Assembly (NCBI RefSeq): GCF_037042905.1
Contig: NC_087249.1
Span: 9,798,001 to 9,862,000 of the forward strand
Origin: Lytechinus pictus
Lineage: Eukaryota
Reading direction: 5' to 3'
Length of the DNA: 64,000 bases
Both the position numbers and the translations under genes were made by a program. This document shows positions 41,166 through 53,643 of the stretch, piece by piece (position 1 is the first letter of the stretch; the number at the start of each line of letters is the position of its first letter). The notes below the pieces were generated by a model. That model had not been told where the DNA came from. It did not search any database and saw nothing but the letters and a program-made list of their open reading frames with translations.

Positions 41166-41850
41166 CAGTGCGTATCAAAATAAAGTTTACACTTTGAAAA
41201 AATCCTGTAAAATTATACATTTGTAATATCCTGAAGATTTTTTCACATTTTAACATTGAGCTGTGATTTACATGGACTGGCTTAAGCTTGATTTTCATTT
41301 TGTTAATCATTGCCAAGCTCGTGAAAAGTGTGGAGAAACAAGTATTAAATGAAAAATGAAATATAAATCCACTTTCAATGATAAAAACTTAGTGAAAAAA
41401 TGCTGGAGATGTCTGATATAAACTTTTGTTCAGATTTAGTTATGTCCTCAGATCCAGCTGGCACAAAAAGGGTAAACGTTGTGCTTACTAAGTGTTGAAA
41501 TTTCAATTTGGGTGGCAAAATTGTTACAAAATGCTTGAATGTATCCGTTTTATTTCAATTGACTAAAAGTGCATGGGAAGTGTATGAGAAATGTTTCGCA
41601 GGGTGAGTTTGATTTCGCCCTTTCCCCTTGACACAGCGTGAAAACGAGCATTTCTGCGCAAACAGATTTCTGCGAGCTTTACAAAAATGGACAGTGCTCA
41701 CTCAAGTGTAACATTCTGACAAAACTTTTACTTTCATTGGATAGATGAGACCCGAACCCAAGATTATATTTGGAAAAATTACCCACATGTTGTATATTTT
41801 TTAATTCCCAGGGCTTTTTCAAAGTGTAAACTTTTTTTTGATACGCACTG
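41166..41850. mobile_element. Tc1/mariner-type non-autonomous element
   Basis: TA|CAGTGCGTATCAAAATAAAGTTTACACTTTGAAAAA ... TTTTTCAAAGTGTAAACTTTTTTTTGATACGCACTG|TA. Confidence 0.9.
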
Positions 41851-44366
41851 TATATAGTAGGCCTAGATCATGGACATTGTGCTACCATTCATATTTTTGT
41901 TGTTGTTACCTTGGATGTTCCCAATGAGTGTGAAGCTCATCCAATGTTCATACCCTGTCCGGATCCTAATGCATGATGGGAGGAAGCCCTATACCTAAAC
42001 AGAAAATATATACTACAAAGCCTGCATAACATACATGAAGTACAAGGTTAGCTTCAATTTAATGCATATGAATGGAGATTCAAACCTTTTTTATTCCATT
42101 CATAGAACTTCCATATTAAATGGAATACTTGCTAGTTTCAGTTTCCCTTTACTACTTGCCCTGCAATGTACTTATTTGACATTTTCCTTCCTTAAAAAAA
42201 AGTTGCGCACTCAACGGTTTCCTTCCTTCCGTGTACACACTCGCATTGTTACAAAAATAAACCACGATACTCTCAGTGTTCAATGCTGTTTTATTGGCAA
42301 ACTTCATGATAAATTAGATAAAATTACAGAACTTTTTTACACAAGGTTCTTCGGTAATGATGTACATTGTACTGTATATCATTGTGACTATCACTGAGGA
42401 CTGTCTGGTTATCCATTATTCATGAAATGATGTATAAAATGAAATTACTCTGTACAATAAGATATAAATTTTGTTCAATCTATACCCCCCCCCCCCCCGT
42501 GCCTTGCATATGTACAATACACATATTCATCATAGTTACTAGTTTGTGTAATACAAGTAAACTGTAGATACTTAATTATTTTACATTTCTAGGAGCTACA
42601 GTGTGCTTTTCTTTTTGGACATACATAATTATGAAATATATTACTGTTAAAGGTTTATTAAACAATATCAGAATAGTTTGTTTTAATGCTGTATAGTAGT
42701 TCATACATTTTTAATTTAAGTCCAAAAGCACTGGTACTCATGCAATAGTAGGCCATTTTGCCAAGAAAATTCATTTACTGTGATTTTGAATAGAGATACG
42801 TGTACTATGATGTTGAATAAGAACTTTAAAAAAAAATTTATGCTCTGATTCTCTTGTTAGAGAGACATATTTTAGTTTAGTTCAGCTTTTTTTCTGCATG
42901 ACCAACTCACAATAGCATAGGAATTCACATGGATCCGTGCATTATGTGACGTGGAGCTAAAAAGAGACAACGGTCAGGCGCTCTTGCTGTTTTTCGTTAG
43001 AAACGGCAAAGCTGAGGTGAAGCCATCGTACATTAAATGGAAACGAGGATGAAGTTCCCACCCATCTGAGAATGGTCCATTGTTTGACATCACCCAGGGG
43101 GGTCCCTTCATGGGGGGGTGGTACAGCTGGGTTTAGTGACCCAGACAGGTTCGGCATAGTGCTCCTGTGGTGCCTAGCCGGTAAAGCAAATTGGGCAGGC
43201 ATGTTGCCTGGTTATTAATAATATCATCCATTCTATTTTTGGGGATGGTATTGAACTTGAAGGTTACCAAGGTCTGACTGTGTTTTGGGTGGGTGTGCTG
43301 CCACCGGGTAATTGTACGTTGCCAGGATGGATTCATACTACCCGTCCATTATGATTAATCAAGCGAGAGAGCAACCAGCATTTTCTTTTCAAATTACCCT
43401 CCCCCGTGGCCTCTCTTTTTCCCTTTCATGTTCTTGTCTGTTTTTTTTAGAGCATACTATCTTTCATCGTTTCCAGTCATATTTTTTTACAACTCCTGCC
43501 CGGGCAAAAAATTACTTTTTTTTATTTATTTCCGGGGCCTACTTTTCACAACTTACTGCCTAAATTTGCAACATTGGATAAGCATTATCCATTGGAGCAA
43601 TGAATGGGGATTTTCCAGGGCTCCTTTTCAAGGGCTAATTCCCCCTTTTTAAACTGTATGCACCATAATGCATAATATTGGATTGAATTGGATTGAACCA
43701 GTGTTGCAATAAATTATGGATTACTTAAAAACTATTCCATATTTACATTCATCTGTCCACATGTACATGTTCAAAACACATAAGTTTTTTTTAATGTATT
43801 TAATTTATGAGCACACTGTATCTTGAATGAATAACTCTGAAATACTTGTAAAGCAGGTGTCCTTCAATACAAAATGAAGGAATAAAATAAAAGTTGATAG
43901 AAAAGTACTGAGGTCCTTGTCTATATAAATACAATTACTTCAATTTCAATGTTAACAATCAGAATCAGGAAGATCTGTGCCACACCCAACAGAATACAAG
44001 ATATAAACATAATGAAATCACTCGCAATTACATTTAAAAAAAAATTGAATTTCAGTTTGTTATAAATTCATGGGAAGCTAACATTACATGTGTAGCATAG
44101 ATTTTCTTGACCAGAATAATACATGCATCACTTTCAAGAGACTGTTGTTGGATTCTGATGAATGAAAACTCTCCATGAAATGAGTAGCAACCATGTAGGA
44201 TGAAAATAAATGAGAAAAATATTGGTTATTTTTATGTTTTTATTTCTCTTTAGGCCTAAATGTTATGGAAAAAACAATGTTTTCGTCACCAATTAATTCA
44301 TGCAGGCCTACATTGTATACACTGTATGTGCAGAAAAAAAACTAAATGAGTTCAAACCATAAACAG

Positions 44367-44440
44367 AACACAGTGCGCTTAGAAACACCAGTAGTAAGCA
44401 TCGCCTTATAAATGTTATGTATTATTATTATTATTGTTAA
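44367..44440 (+). mobile_element. Possible SINE/LINE 3' tail fragment
   Basis: GCGCTTAGAA..CGCCTTATAAATG followed by (ATT)n. Confidence 0.35.
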
Positions 44441-44523
44441 TAATTGCAACCATTTAAATGTAGGCCTTTCAAGTATGGCTTATGCTACAAAGACATACAT
44501 GTACATGCATTTCTCACTATTAA

Positions 44524-45099
44524 AGGGGAATCCAACCCAAATAAAAACTTGTTTCTATAAGGAAAAGAAAAATCAGACAAGTTGAACAATATTGGACAAG
44601 CAACAAGAAAGTTATGAATTTTTAAAAGTTGTAAATATTTGTAATCACTATACCCATGGAGACTTCAAATTGGCCGCATATGGGATGTCATAGTGATGTA
44701 AGGCAAGGACTACTCTTCCATATACTCCAATACATATTATGGCTAAAATGTCATTTTTCCCAAATGTTTTTTTTCAAATTATTTTTCTTTTCTGAGGACA
44801 TAAAACAATATACTACATGGGTTATATTTAGATTACTGCCCCAGGGGAATGGGTACTTAGGAGAAAACCACAAATCACTGATAATAAAATACATGGCTTA
44901 TGGGAAAGTTGTCCTTGCCCCTTGTCATAATTTACTTACCCAGTTGCCAATTTGAAATATACATAGTATTAGTGATCTCAATCTTAGAGCAGCTATAACT
45001 TTCTTATTGCTTGTCCGATTTCTTTCAAACTTTCACCATTCTCTTTAATTTATTTTTCTCCTTCCCAACAACATTTTATAGCCAAGGCTGGATTCCCCT
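44524..45099. mobile_element. Kolobok-like MITE family D
   Basis: TTAA|AGGGGAATCCA...TGGATTCCCCT|TTAA. Confidence 0.85.
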
Positions 45100-47419
45100 T
45101 TAAGCGTCTTCTAGCTTGTAATGAGATGTTGCTATGCTGCAACACAGAGCATATGTCTGTGATTCATAACATAACATCCTGTCTCAATAGACATTGTATG
45201 GACCGTAGGCAAATCTTGCCTTGTTCATTATTTAGAATAGACCCCTTAAAGGGATGGATCAAGTGCCTTCTTGTTCTATCATCACAATGTAATTACATCC
45301 AGAAGATGAGCTTGATTGATCATGCATAATATGATATCTTTGTGCTAACCGTTGAAACCAACAATCAATCGTGATGTTTCCTTGTCTCTTTACATTGCTT
45401 TAATATGGCATTGAGTTTACTTGGTTGCATCTGAGTTGAAATCCAATCGGATGGTTCATAATGAAGGAATTATTCAAATTCAAGTTATTATTCAAGTTTA
45501 CTGTGTAAAGTGATCACCAAAAGAAGTGATTTGATTTTCTCAAATTGTCCATGTGCATGCAGTATGTAGGCTATATTGTATATTTTTGCACTATATGAAA
45601 GATAATCTCTTCAGCAGATACTTTCTGATAATCAGAATAAAAAAGTAAATGAATGTGTATTAAAACAAAACAATGAAATGTAGAATGAAAATAAATAGCT
45701 AATATTGCAGATACGTAGTTGTAGGCTTTGAAATGATAAAACAAAGATTGATTGTATAGTTTTGAGAAATAAACCCTGTCATCAGTTTCATTATAGATTC
45801 AACTCTTTTAATATTAATAATTCATTTATCTTTTTATATAATATCACAAATTTTATTTGATCTATATTTCTATTAGTTCAATATTTGTATAAGAGCTAAA
45901 TATACTAGATAGTTTGCTAAAAATAGAAATCCATTCCTTTCTTTGATATTGTGTATCATTGTGTACATAGAAATGCTGATAAAATGTTGAGGCTGAACAA
46001 CAACAACATTGGCAGAGTATTTGCATTTCAGCCTTGTTTTGTATTATGTCCCTTCGGTTGCCTTGTAAAATTGTTTTCACGTGATGATAAGACCTGTCTG
46101 CTGAGGGGCAAGGTACCTCTACGCAGGCCTACATGTACAGTGCGCACACTAATCAAACAGTTGTGTCTGAACGGGCAAGAGGCTCATTTACGCGAAAGAT
46201 AATCTCAACTGTGTGCTTGTGATATCTTGTGACAACTGCTAAAGCGGTTAAGTGTCGAATGGAAGCCCAGCGTTTTCATTACAAATGTGACTTCCGTTAC
46301 ATTGTGGCGGATAGAGTTCCCGAGTTGTTGCTGAATCACTCGTTTGCGCAGCCAAACGTGACACAGTCAATTAATGAGTTAGTGGTGTGGTGTACCGTCC
46401 CAGGAAATGCCATTACTCTGAAGCGCCCCCGATGCCAGGTTTGCCAGCATGGCAGGAAAGTAGTCTTGACCCTAGATTTCACTTGTCGCAAATATTCGGA
46501 ATAGAGAATTTCACGGCCTTGATCACAATTCTGAGGGGGAGCGCTCTTGAGGTGCTGTGAAGGGGATGAACTTATAATGATGCTCTGCAGCAAAACAAAC
46601 AAAAAAGCATGAAAACTACTTTAAATCACCACCATTTACATATGTTCGGGCATGAGCAAACAAGCAGATTTTTTTCTTTAATTCCATTTTTTTTTTGAAG
46701 TCGTAGCAGTTCATGTTTTGCTTACAAACAAATTTGATATGAATACCAAATTATCATATCTTTCCCTCCCTTAAATGTTCATGATTATAACATGGGAAAT
46801 ATTTCCATATTTAAATTTGTCCCATATCTAAATTTGTCCTACATGTACATCACACTCCTGTGTTTGATTCCTACTCCTATCATCTATCACTAGATAGTTG
46901 TTTGATTACAAAGCTAATTTTGCAATAAATAAACATATAGTAGCAGTAAAGTCCTCTGTGTTTGAGGTAGGGTAACCGATAAGATGTCATTTGGCATTCT
47001 GTTGGCTTACTGCCTAATTTGACCGATAGGTGTCAGGACTGAGTACTAGAAAATCAAATGAATGTCAGAAAAAAAGTCAACCTCTGCTGGGATAAATGAA
47101 TGTACGCTGTGACAACAGACTAAAGCCATGCAGTCATTCCTATGTGACTCAAGTTACGGCTGAGCTGTCTGGCTCGGTGGTTGCACAGCTGCCGCAGAGA
47201 GTTGCCCGCATTTGTTTCCCATCTTGCCGGTGTGATGGTGATCCAACATATCTCCCGTCTAAAAAGCCGAAGATCCATCAGTAAATTTCTGCTTTTGATA
47301 CTCAATGATGTATTTATTGTCTGGACCCTGGAGTGTATCACAAAGAGATACGCCTAATATTTACAGTTGATTGTAACTTTATGTGCATGGATTGCCATAT
47401 AATATAGAGTTACGCTTAC

Positions 47420-47910
47420 AGGGGAAGTTAACCCTGACAAAAAGTTTATTGTAAAAAAAGCCAAAATATAATAAAAGATTTTGCTGATTATTTGAGAAAA
47501 ATCCATCAAAGAATTGAAAATTTATTAGAATTTTAATTATTTGATTTGCGAGCAGCATTCCTACATAGCGATTGGTATAAAATCAATGAAATGTCATTTT
47601 CTCAGAAAATTGAAAATGATTTTTACTGTAGACCTACCATTTGTATATCAATAGACAACTCATTTCACATCCTATCATAAAAAGAAATGAAAAATAAGTC
47701 ATCAGGAACCATAAAAAAAAAGAAATTCATGCATTTCATATTGCATAACATATGGGGCAGCTGCTCGTTTATGATGTCAAAATTATCCAAAACTTAAAAT
47801 TCTAATAACTTTCTTAATCTTTAACAGATTTTCCGCAAATCTATACTAATATTTTATTAAGTTTTTCTGCTATTTTCACAACAAACTTTTCTTCAGGGTG
47901 AATTTCCCCT
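47420..47910. mobile_element. Kolobok-like MITE family E
   Basis: TTAC|AGGGGAAGTTAACCCTGA...TCAGGGTGAATTTCCCCT|TTAA. Confidence 0.75.
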
Positions 47911-48449
47911 TTAATTATAAAATCGGTCTTATTTTTTATGTTACAGGGCTCTGTTTATATGCAGGAAGAATTTTTTTTGCGAATAATGTACACTGAAAAG
48001 GTACCTTTAATATTGAGCCAGTGAAATCAAAATCCATGTATCGTATTATAGAAGACACATGTTTAACATATCAATGAACTGAACAATGGATTCAGAAGTG
48101 GTTATTGGAACATCGGAAGATGACATGAAAGGACATGGCCTTGCTTACTGATTAGTTCTAATCAAAATGGGAAAATTCAGGATTCTTAAGATTGGTTGTG
48201 TATTCTGTTATAATTACTCAAAAGAAATCATGTGATTAGATGTCTATTAAGGTGATAACATTATTAAGGCCTCTTTTGCACGATATTCTTGGGAAAGTGA
48301 AGGCCTGTTGAGGCAGAGATTTAAAAAAGTAAAGTGGTACTTAAACCTTCCAGAAAGTCTTTCATGAACCCTGGTAAACTTAACTTTAATTTTTTAATTA
48401 GAATGTGTGTACACTTTTCAAGCATTGAAGCAGTGTACAGTACTTCTAA

Positions 48450-48856
48450 AGGCAACCGCACACCTTACAATTGCTTTGCGACCTGATTTTGGAATAAAAT
48501 GTAGTAGACTTTGATGCTAATATTAGGACATAGAGTATCTTAATACTGTACAATGTTCTAATTCATCGTGCGATTACCTATGTTCAAATTTATGACTATG
48601 CTGTCATCCTTATCAGAATAGAAGCAAATTTAATATTTAGGCATAATGACGTCATAGCAATCATACATGGTTCCGATTTGAAACTAATTTGGCCTTTACT
48701 CCAAAATAAAGGCTTGCAATCATCCAAAATTGTTTTTCTTTCAGATAATTTGAACCTCAAATAAAAAGAAACTTCATTCACATTTCCAGAAAATTAGCAA
48801 AATGCGATTTGTTCCGAAATTGGATCGTGGACCAGTCGTAAGGTGCGCGGTAGCCT
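48450..48856. mobile_element. MITE just upstream of exon 3
   Basis: TIR AGGCAACCGCACACCTTAC / GTAAGGTGCGCGGTAGCCT. Confidence 0.7.
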
Positions 48857-48969
48857 CAAGACCAGTCAATGAATTTCAATGTGAAGGCAATGATTTTATT
48901 TCCACCAGTTTACGAGGTCATGAGTTTCTACTTCAATATTCCTTTCTCTTCCATTATTTTATCCTCCAG

Positions 48970-49122
48970 ATTCTGAACAAGAAGGAGAACAAGGGGTGCG
49001 AGAGTCCAGACCCCGACTCGGAATCCTACATCTTAACACCACGCACTGAAGCCAAATACCAGAAGATCAATGAGGAATTTGACAGAATGATGAATGGTGG
49101 AAGTGGAGCACCCATGAACAGG
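48970..49122 (+). CDS. mef2: MEF2 coding exon 3, alpha-exon/HJURP_C-like region (ILNKKENKGCESPDPD...PMNR)
   Basis: Acceptor ttttatcctccag| and donor agg|GTAAAA; 153 nt, phase 0-0. NKKENKGCESPDPD and LTPRTEAKYQKINEEFD are characteristic MEF2 motifs. Confidence 0.96.
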
Positions 49123-49221
49123 GTAAAATATCTTTTGAAGATGAGCATTCCATAATGGCTTGTGGGTTTATACCTCTTTATTCAGAGCCCTATGCGTAAA
49201 CTAGAATGCAATCTTAAGCTA

Positions 49222-49659
49222 GGGGTGTTCAGTGTCGATTTTCCAATTTTAACAGCAACATGCATCATGATTCAAAACGTAATGAAACAATACAAACGTG
49301 ATCAGGGGCGCACCAGCCAGGGTTGAATATTTGAAGCTGGTTAATTGTTGATCGTCTTCAAATTCCCCACTCTAGCGCAGCTTGCACTGCAAAAGCACAT
49401 TTAGAGACGTTTCAAAACTTAATCATGTTCAGTTTGGCATTTTGTTGCTTTCGCAATGCTGAAGGTCATAAAATCAAAGCTGATAATGTTTCATTACGTA
49501 CCTTTCCTCTAAATCAAGATCAGAAAGATGTTTACTTTTACAACAGGGAATGGGGAACATTGAACCCATACTTCATTTCTCATATCTGCGTTTTGTATTG
49601 TGTTTTGAATCATGATTCATGTTGCTGTCAAAGTTTGAAAATCAAAATTGAACTCGTCC
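49222..49659. mobile_element. MITE just downstream of exon 3
   Basis: ~55-bp imperfect TIR ...ACAGCAACATGCATCATGATTCAAAAC / GTTTTGAATCATGATTCATGTTGCTGT... Confidence 0.7.
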
Positions 49660-50551
49660 AAAGATTTGTCCTGTCAAGGAGCCTGTTGCACAGGACTCCT
49701 CAAAGTATTCCATTGATGGTAAAATCCATGGAAACTGTGGTTGTGGAGTGATAGTGCAGTTGAAGTTCATATTCACAATACAAATTGTGATCAATGGTAA
49801 GGTTCATCTATTGGGGGCCTTCAGAGGGTCGAAAGGAATGCTCCAGGATTATAGGATGCAACATTATTTCCTCTGCTGAGCTTTCTGCATCCATTCAGGT
49901 ACCCCTTCTGTGGGATTAGATGTAGCGGACTGTGTGTTGTTTTACTGTCAAAACCTGGTATGTTATGTGGCAGGTGGAGATAGAATGGAAAGGAACCAAC
50001 TCTCCTCATTGAGACAGCTCAAGGCAAGATGTTTAGTCATGTTTGTGCATTCTTGTAGTCATGTGCAAGTATGTCCTGCATTGAGTAAAAATGTTGATTA
50101 GAGCAGAAGCAACAAGACCTCTTGCACCAAACGGTGTAAATATGTAACTCGCAAATTCAAAAGAAAATCCAGAATGATTGAAGGAGACCTAGATTACATG
50201 TATATAAAGAAACACAAGAGGCTTTCCATTTTTGTGTCGTTTTGGTTGTGTGTAAAATTATTTTTGGTCCCACTGATCTCAGAAAATAATGATCGACTCA
50301 TTTTTGAATTTTCATAATCATAATGGTCCATTATGATCCATTTTCATTGGTATATGTGCATGCTTTGATATATGTATGGGTGCTTCTGAATTCTGGCTTT
50401 AAGCATCTAGATATTCATGCTATTTTGAATTATGGAAATCTAAACATGTCTTTTCTATCGTCCTTGGAAGTTTTTGTTATATCCCAAGTAATGAAATGCT
50501 GTGTCAAAAGAAATGGATTTAAAGGGCTGGTTTTATATTTTGTTGCTACAG

Positions 50552-50918
50552 GTACAGATCCCTCCAGACTACCCGGCCTCCATGCCAGTGTCCGTCCCGC
50601 AAACCTCTACCAGCTTGGGGGCGTATAACGGAGGCGGCCACCACCACCATCACCATCATCCCCATGGCCAGCCAAGTCCCAACAGCAACCACAGCCAACA
50701 GCAGCAACAGCAGCCACAACAACAACAACAGACACATGTCACCAGCTCCAGCCTCATGCAGCCACCAGTCGCCCGGAACAGTCTCAGCCCGCAGCCTCAC
50801 ATGCTGAGTAGGACGAGCCTGAGTCCAGGTCCCGGTCCTATGAGGAACAGTCTTAGTCCCCAGCCACAGCTCTCACGAAGTACACTCAGTCCACAACCGC
50901 CCAGACCAGCCAGTACAG
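50552..50918 (+). CDS. mef2: MEF2 coding exon 4, His/Gln/Pro/Ser-rich region (VQIPPDYPASMPVSVP...RPAST)
   Basis: Acceptor tgttgctacag| and donor acag|GTGAGA; 367 nt, phase 0-1. MPVSVP and RPASTG match conserved MEF2 motifs. An alternative in-frame acceptor 6 nt downstream (gtacag|atc) is possible. Confidence 0.92.
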
Positions 50919-52249
50919 GTGAGAATCGTGAAGAGCAGGGCCATGTATCATAAACGTTTGCGATCGATCATTGGGCTGTTTTTTATGACTGATTGTGCAA
51001 AATGATGAATGCAATCAATTGTAGAAGTTACCCTCAACCCTCACAATAAAATGCTAAGGTTAATTTTACAGGTTTACCAGGTTTTTATAATGTGATGACT
51101 CTAAAAGAAAGATGTTTTCCTCTTACTTTTGTGGCAAAATTGATCAATATGAAATATATATGACCCTTGATCAAGTCATGGGTCTTTCATTTGTGTGTAA
51201 TAAGAGCTATATTTCGTTATTTTCATCCCACACATGCTCATCAGCATGCCATTCTTTTGTTTAGTGAATCACTTGGTATGTTTAATAGCCGAGTGCAAAA
51301 AAGGAGTTTGAAGAAATATGTTAAGATTATAGAAAGATACAAGGGAAATAAGACCTTTTTACGATGTTCTCTGTTCCAATATTTTCAATGATGCCTCAGT
51401 TCTACTGCCAAGAAGCTGATTTCATTGGAATGATATCAACTAGATGTTTATTGAAGCATCTAAAGACCCAATCATGCGCAGTCATGTCTAACCTACGCCC
51501 ACGCCGAGATGAATACTCCCCGCTTTTCTCATGAATCAGGCGGCGACGTAAAAAAATAGACGGTTTTGCCACGCCATTTGGTTTCCAGGTCCTGCGGAGC
51601 GTTGTCCCCGGTGCTTGGTTTTCTTATGTTTGAGAAGTCCCGGCATGGCTAAAAATAAAGCCGGGTCGTCCTCCCCCTTCCTTCCTGCCCTTCACGCTGC
51701 GCTCATAGAGCCAGAGCTGGCATCACTCCTCACCTTCTCCGGTTTCTCTCTGGCACATCTCAACGGTTTCCAGCATTATTTGCAAGGACTTCTCGGTAGC
51801 ATTCGCCTTGTGATAATGGCCAGTGTCCCTGATTCATAGAAACTCCCCCTTCTTTTCGTTGTTATAGCTTGTTATTATCATTGACTAAATGGAAAGGAAT
51901 TTATCATCTTGTGAACATCCATACTCGACACAAACCTTTAGTACAGAGTCTCAGATGAGGTATTTGAGTAAATGGAGGAAATTTGTTTTTGATAATGCCT
52001 TTTCGCTCTTTGATGAGGAGGGCTTTTAAGTTTTTAAGAGTAATTTTGAAAAACACATTTCAAATTAATAATGGATACCTTTTAAATGCCAGATGCCTCT
52101 TTTTATATTAGTGCATAGAATACAAGATGAATTGGATTTAGTGGTCATAACTTTAGTACTAAGTCTCCTGATATGTCAATTGGTTGTTGATGAATATACC
52201 TATATTTGTCTTTCATGTCAAGAATATATCTTCAAATCAGTACCAGTTC

Positions 52250-52527
52250 GGGGCCCTGTCTTACAAAGAGTTAACGATTAATCCAATCAATCGTAATTAT
52301 ATGGAAATCCATCAGTGTCATAATTTTTTCCATAGGAAATTTGCACAATGTCCTTTGTAAACAAAGAGAAGCACAGTGAATTTTCAAGCAAACAATGAAT
52401 GCATGAATATACATCATTCATAGTTAGAAAATATTTTGAACAAACATGAATAGTACATGTTGACGTTGCTGGCCGTCCATAGTTACGATTGATCGGATCA
52501 GTCATAACTCATTGTAAGATGGGGCCC
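52250..52527. mobile_element. MITE family G
   Basis: GGGGCCCTGTCTTACAAAGAGTT ... AACTCATTGTAAGATGGGGCCC. Confidence 0.8.
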
Positions 52528-52987
52528 GGGATTATTAGTACCGTTTGTCACCATTTTCACCTTGCATTATTGTTTCATTCACATAATTTGTTACTGGCAC
52601 AAACTTGATTTTATTTGTTGAATGTGTATGGATGTATGCTTTTGCATTAATGCTCCTGCCAACAATTTTATTTTGCTTGCCAAGGTGTCGCATATGCCAT
52701 TAATATTCAAGTAAACACTGAAAGCAAATGTCGATCGGGGTGAAGGTTTGGCATACTTAGGATAAAAAAAGAAGATATCAATCATTATTTGCCCTTTTTA
52801 TTTGTTTGTTTTATTTTAATGCTTCCCCCACTCTATTTCTCTCTCTCTGACTCTCATGCTTCTGGTAACACATCAACTCACCCCTGCATGATTCATCCCT
52901 GCTTCTTCCCGCCCCTTCCCCCCCTTCCATGTTATCCCCCTCTCTGTTTTCCCCTGCATCCTCATTGCATGTCTTATATATAAGCAG

Positions 52988-53065
52988 AGCCTCATGTGAC
53001 AACCGTGACTGTTCCCAGAGACAAGGGCAAATCCCCTGGAAGTTTGGGGCATGAAAAAGATGCAG
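52988..53065 (+). CDS. mef2: Putative alternative cassette exon of MEF2 ((E)PHVTTVTVPRDKGKSPGSLGHEKDA(G))
   Basis: Boundaries taagcag|...gcag|GTACC; 78 nt, symmetric phase 1-1, open in the required frame; preceded by a long AG-free pyrimidine-rich tract. Confidence 0.6.
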
Positions 53066-53273
53066 GTACCATCAACAAATTTTCATGAAATTCCTCAAGA
53101 AACTAACTGAACTGAGAATTTTAAAGCCTGTCTTCAAGGAACCGATGGACTAAAATAAAGTCAATTGTTTGAGGTTTTTGTGAATACCAGTACCCGAAAT
53201 GCCTTTTTTTTTCATTTAAAAGTATAGTAGTATAACAATGCTTTTTGGTGATGGGTTACTAATAATAGGACCT

Positions 53274-53558
53274 GGGGGGTTCACAAAGATTTAAGTATGA
53301 CTTAGAGTTGCATTTAAATACCGAGTTGCATATGGTATGAAAGACTTGTTATACTACTATACTTTTAAATGGGAAAAAAAAGGCATTTCGGGTACCGAGT
53401 TGCGTATGGTATGAAAGACTTGACCGCATTGGTCAGATCGTGCCATGAGGATGCGCACTACTGCATATCTATCAATAAGATCGTGCGTTGCATATCATGT
53501 ACACATCGGCATTTAAGTGCGACTTAAGTCATACTTAAATCTTTGTGAAACACCCCCC
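53274..53558. mobile_element. Palindromic MITE with an internal rearrangement
   Basis: TIR GGGGGGTTCACAAAGATTTAAGTATGACTTA / TAAGTCATACTTAAATCTTTGTGAAACACCCCCC. Confidence 0.8.
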
Positions 53559-53643
53559 ATGTCTAGATTGTGTGTGACTACATTTAAAGATTCCATTCTC
53601 AAGTATGATATTTTACACTTTTTTGACGTCCCCTTTGTATTAG

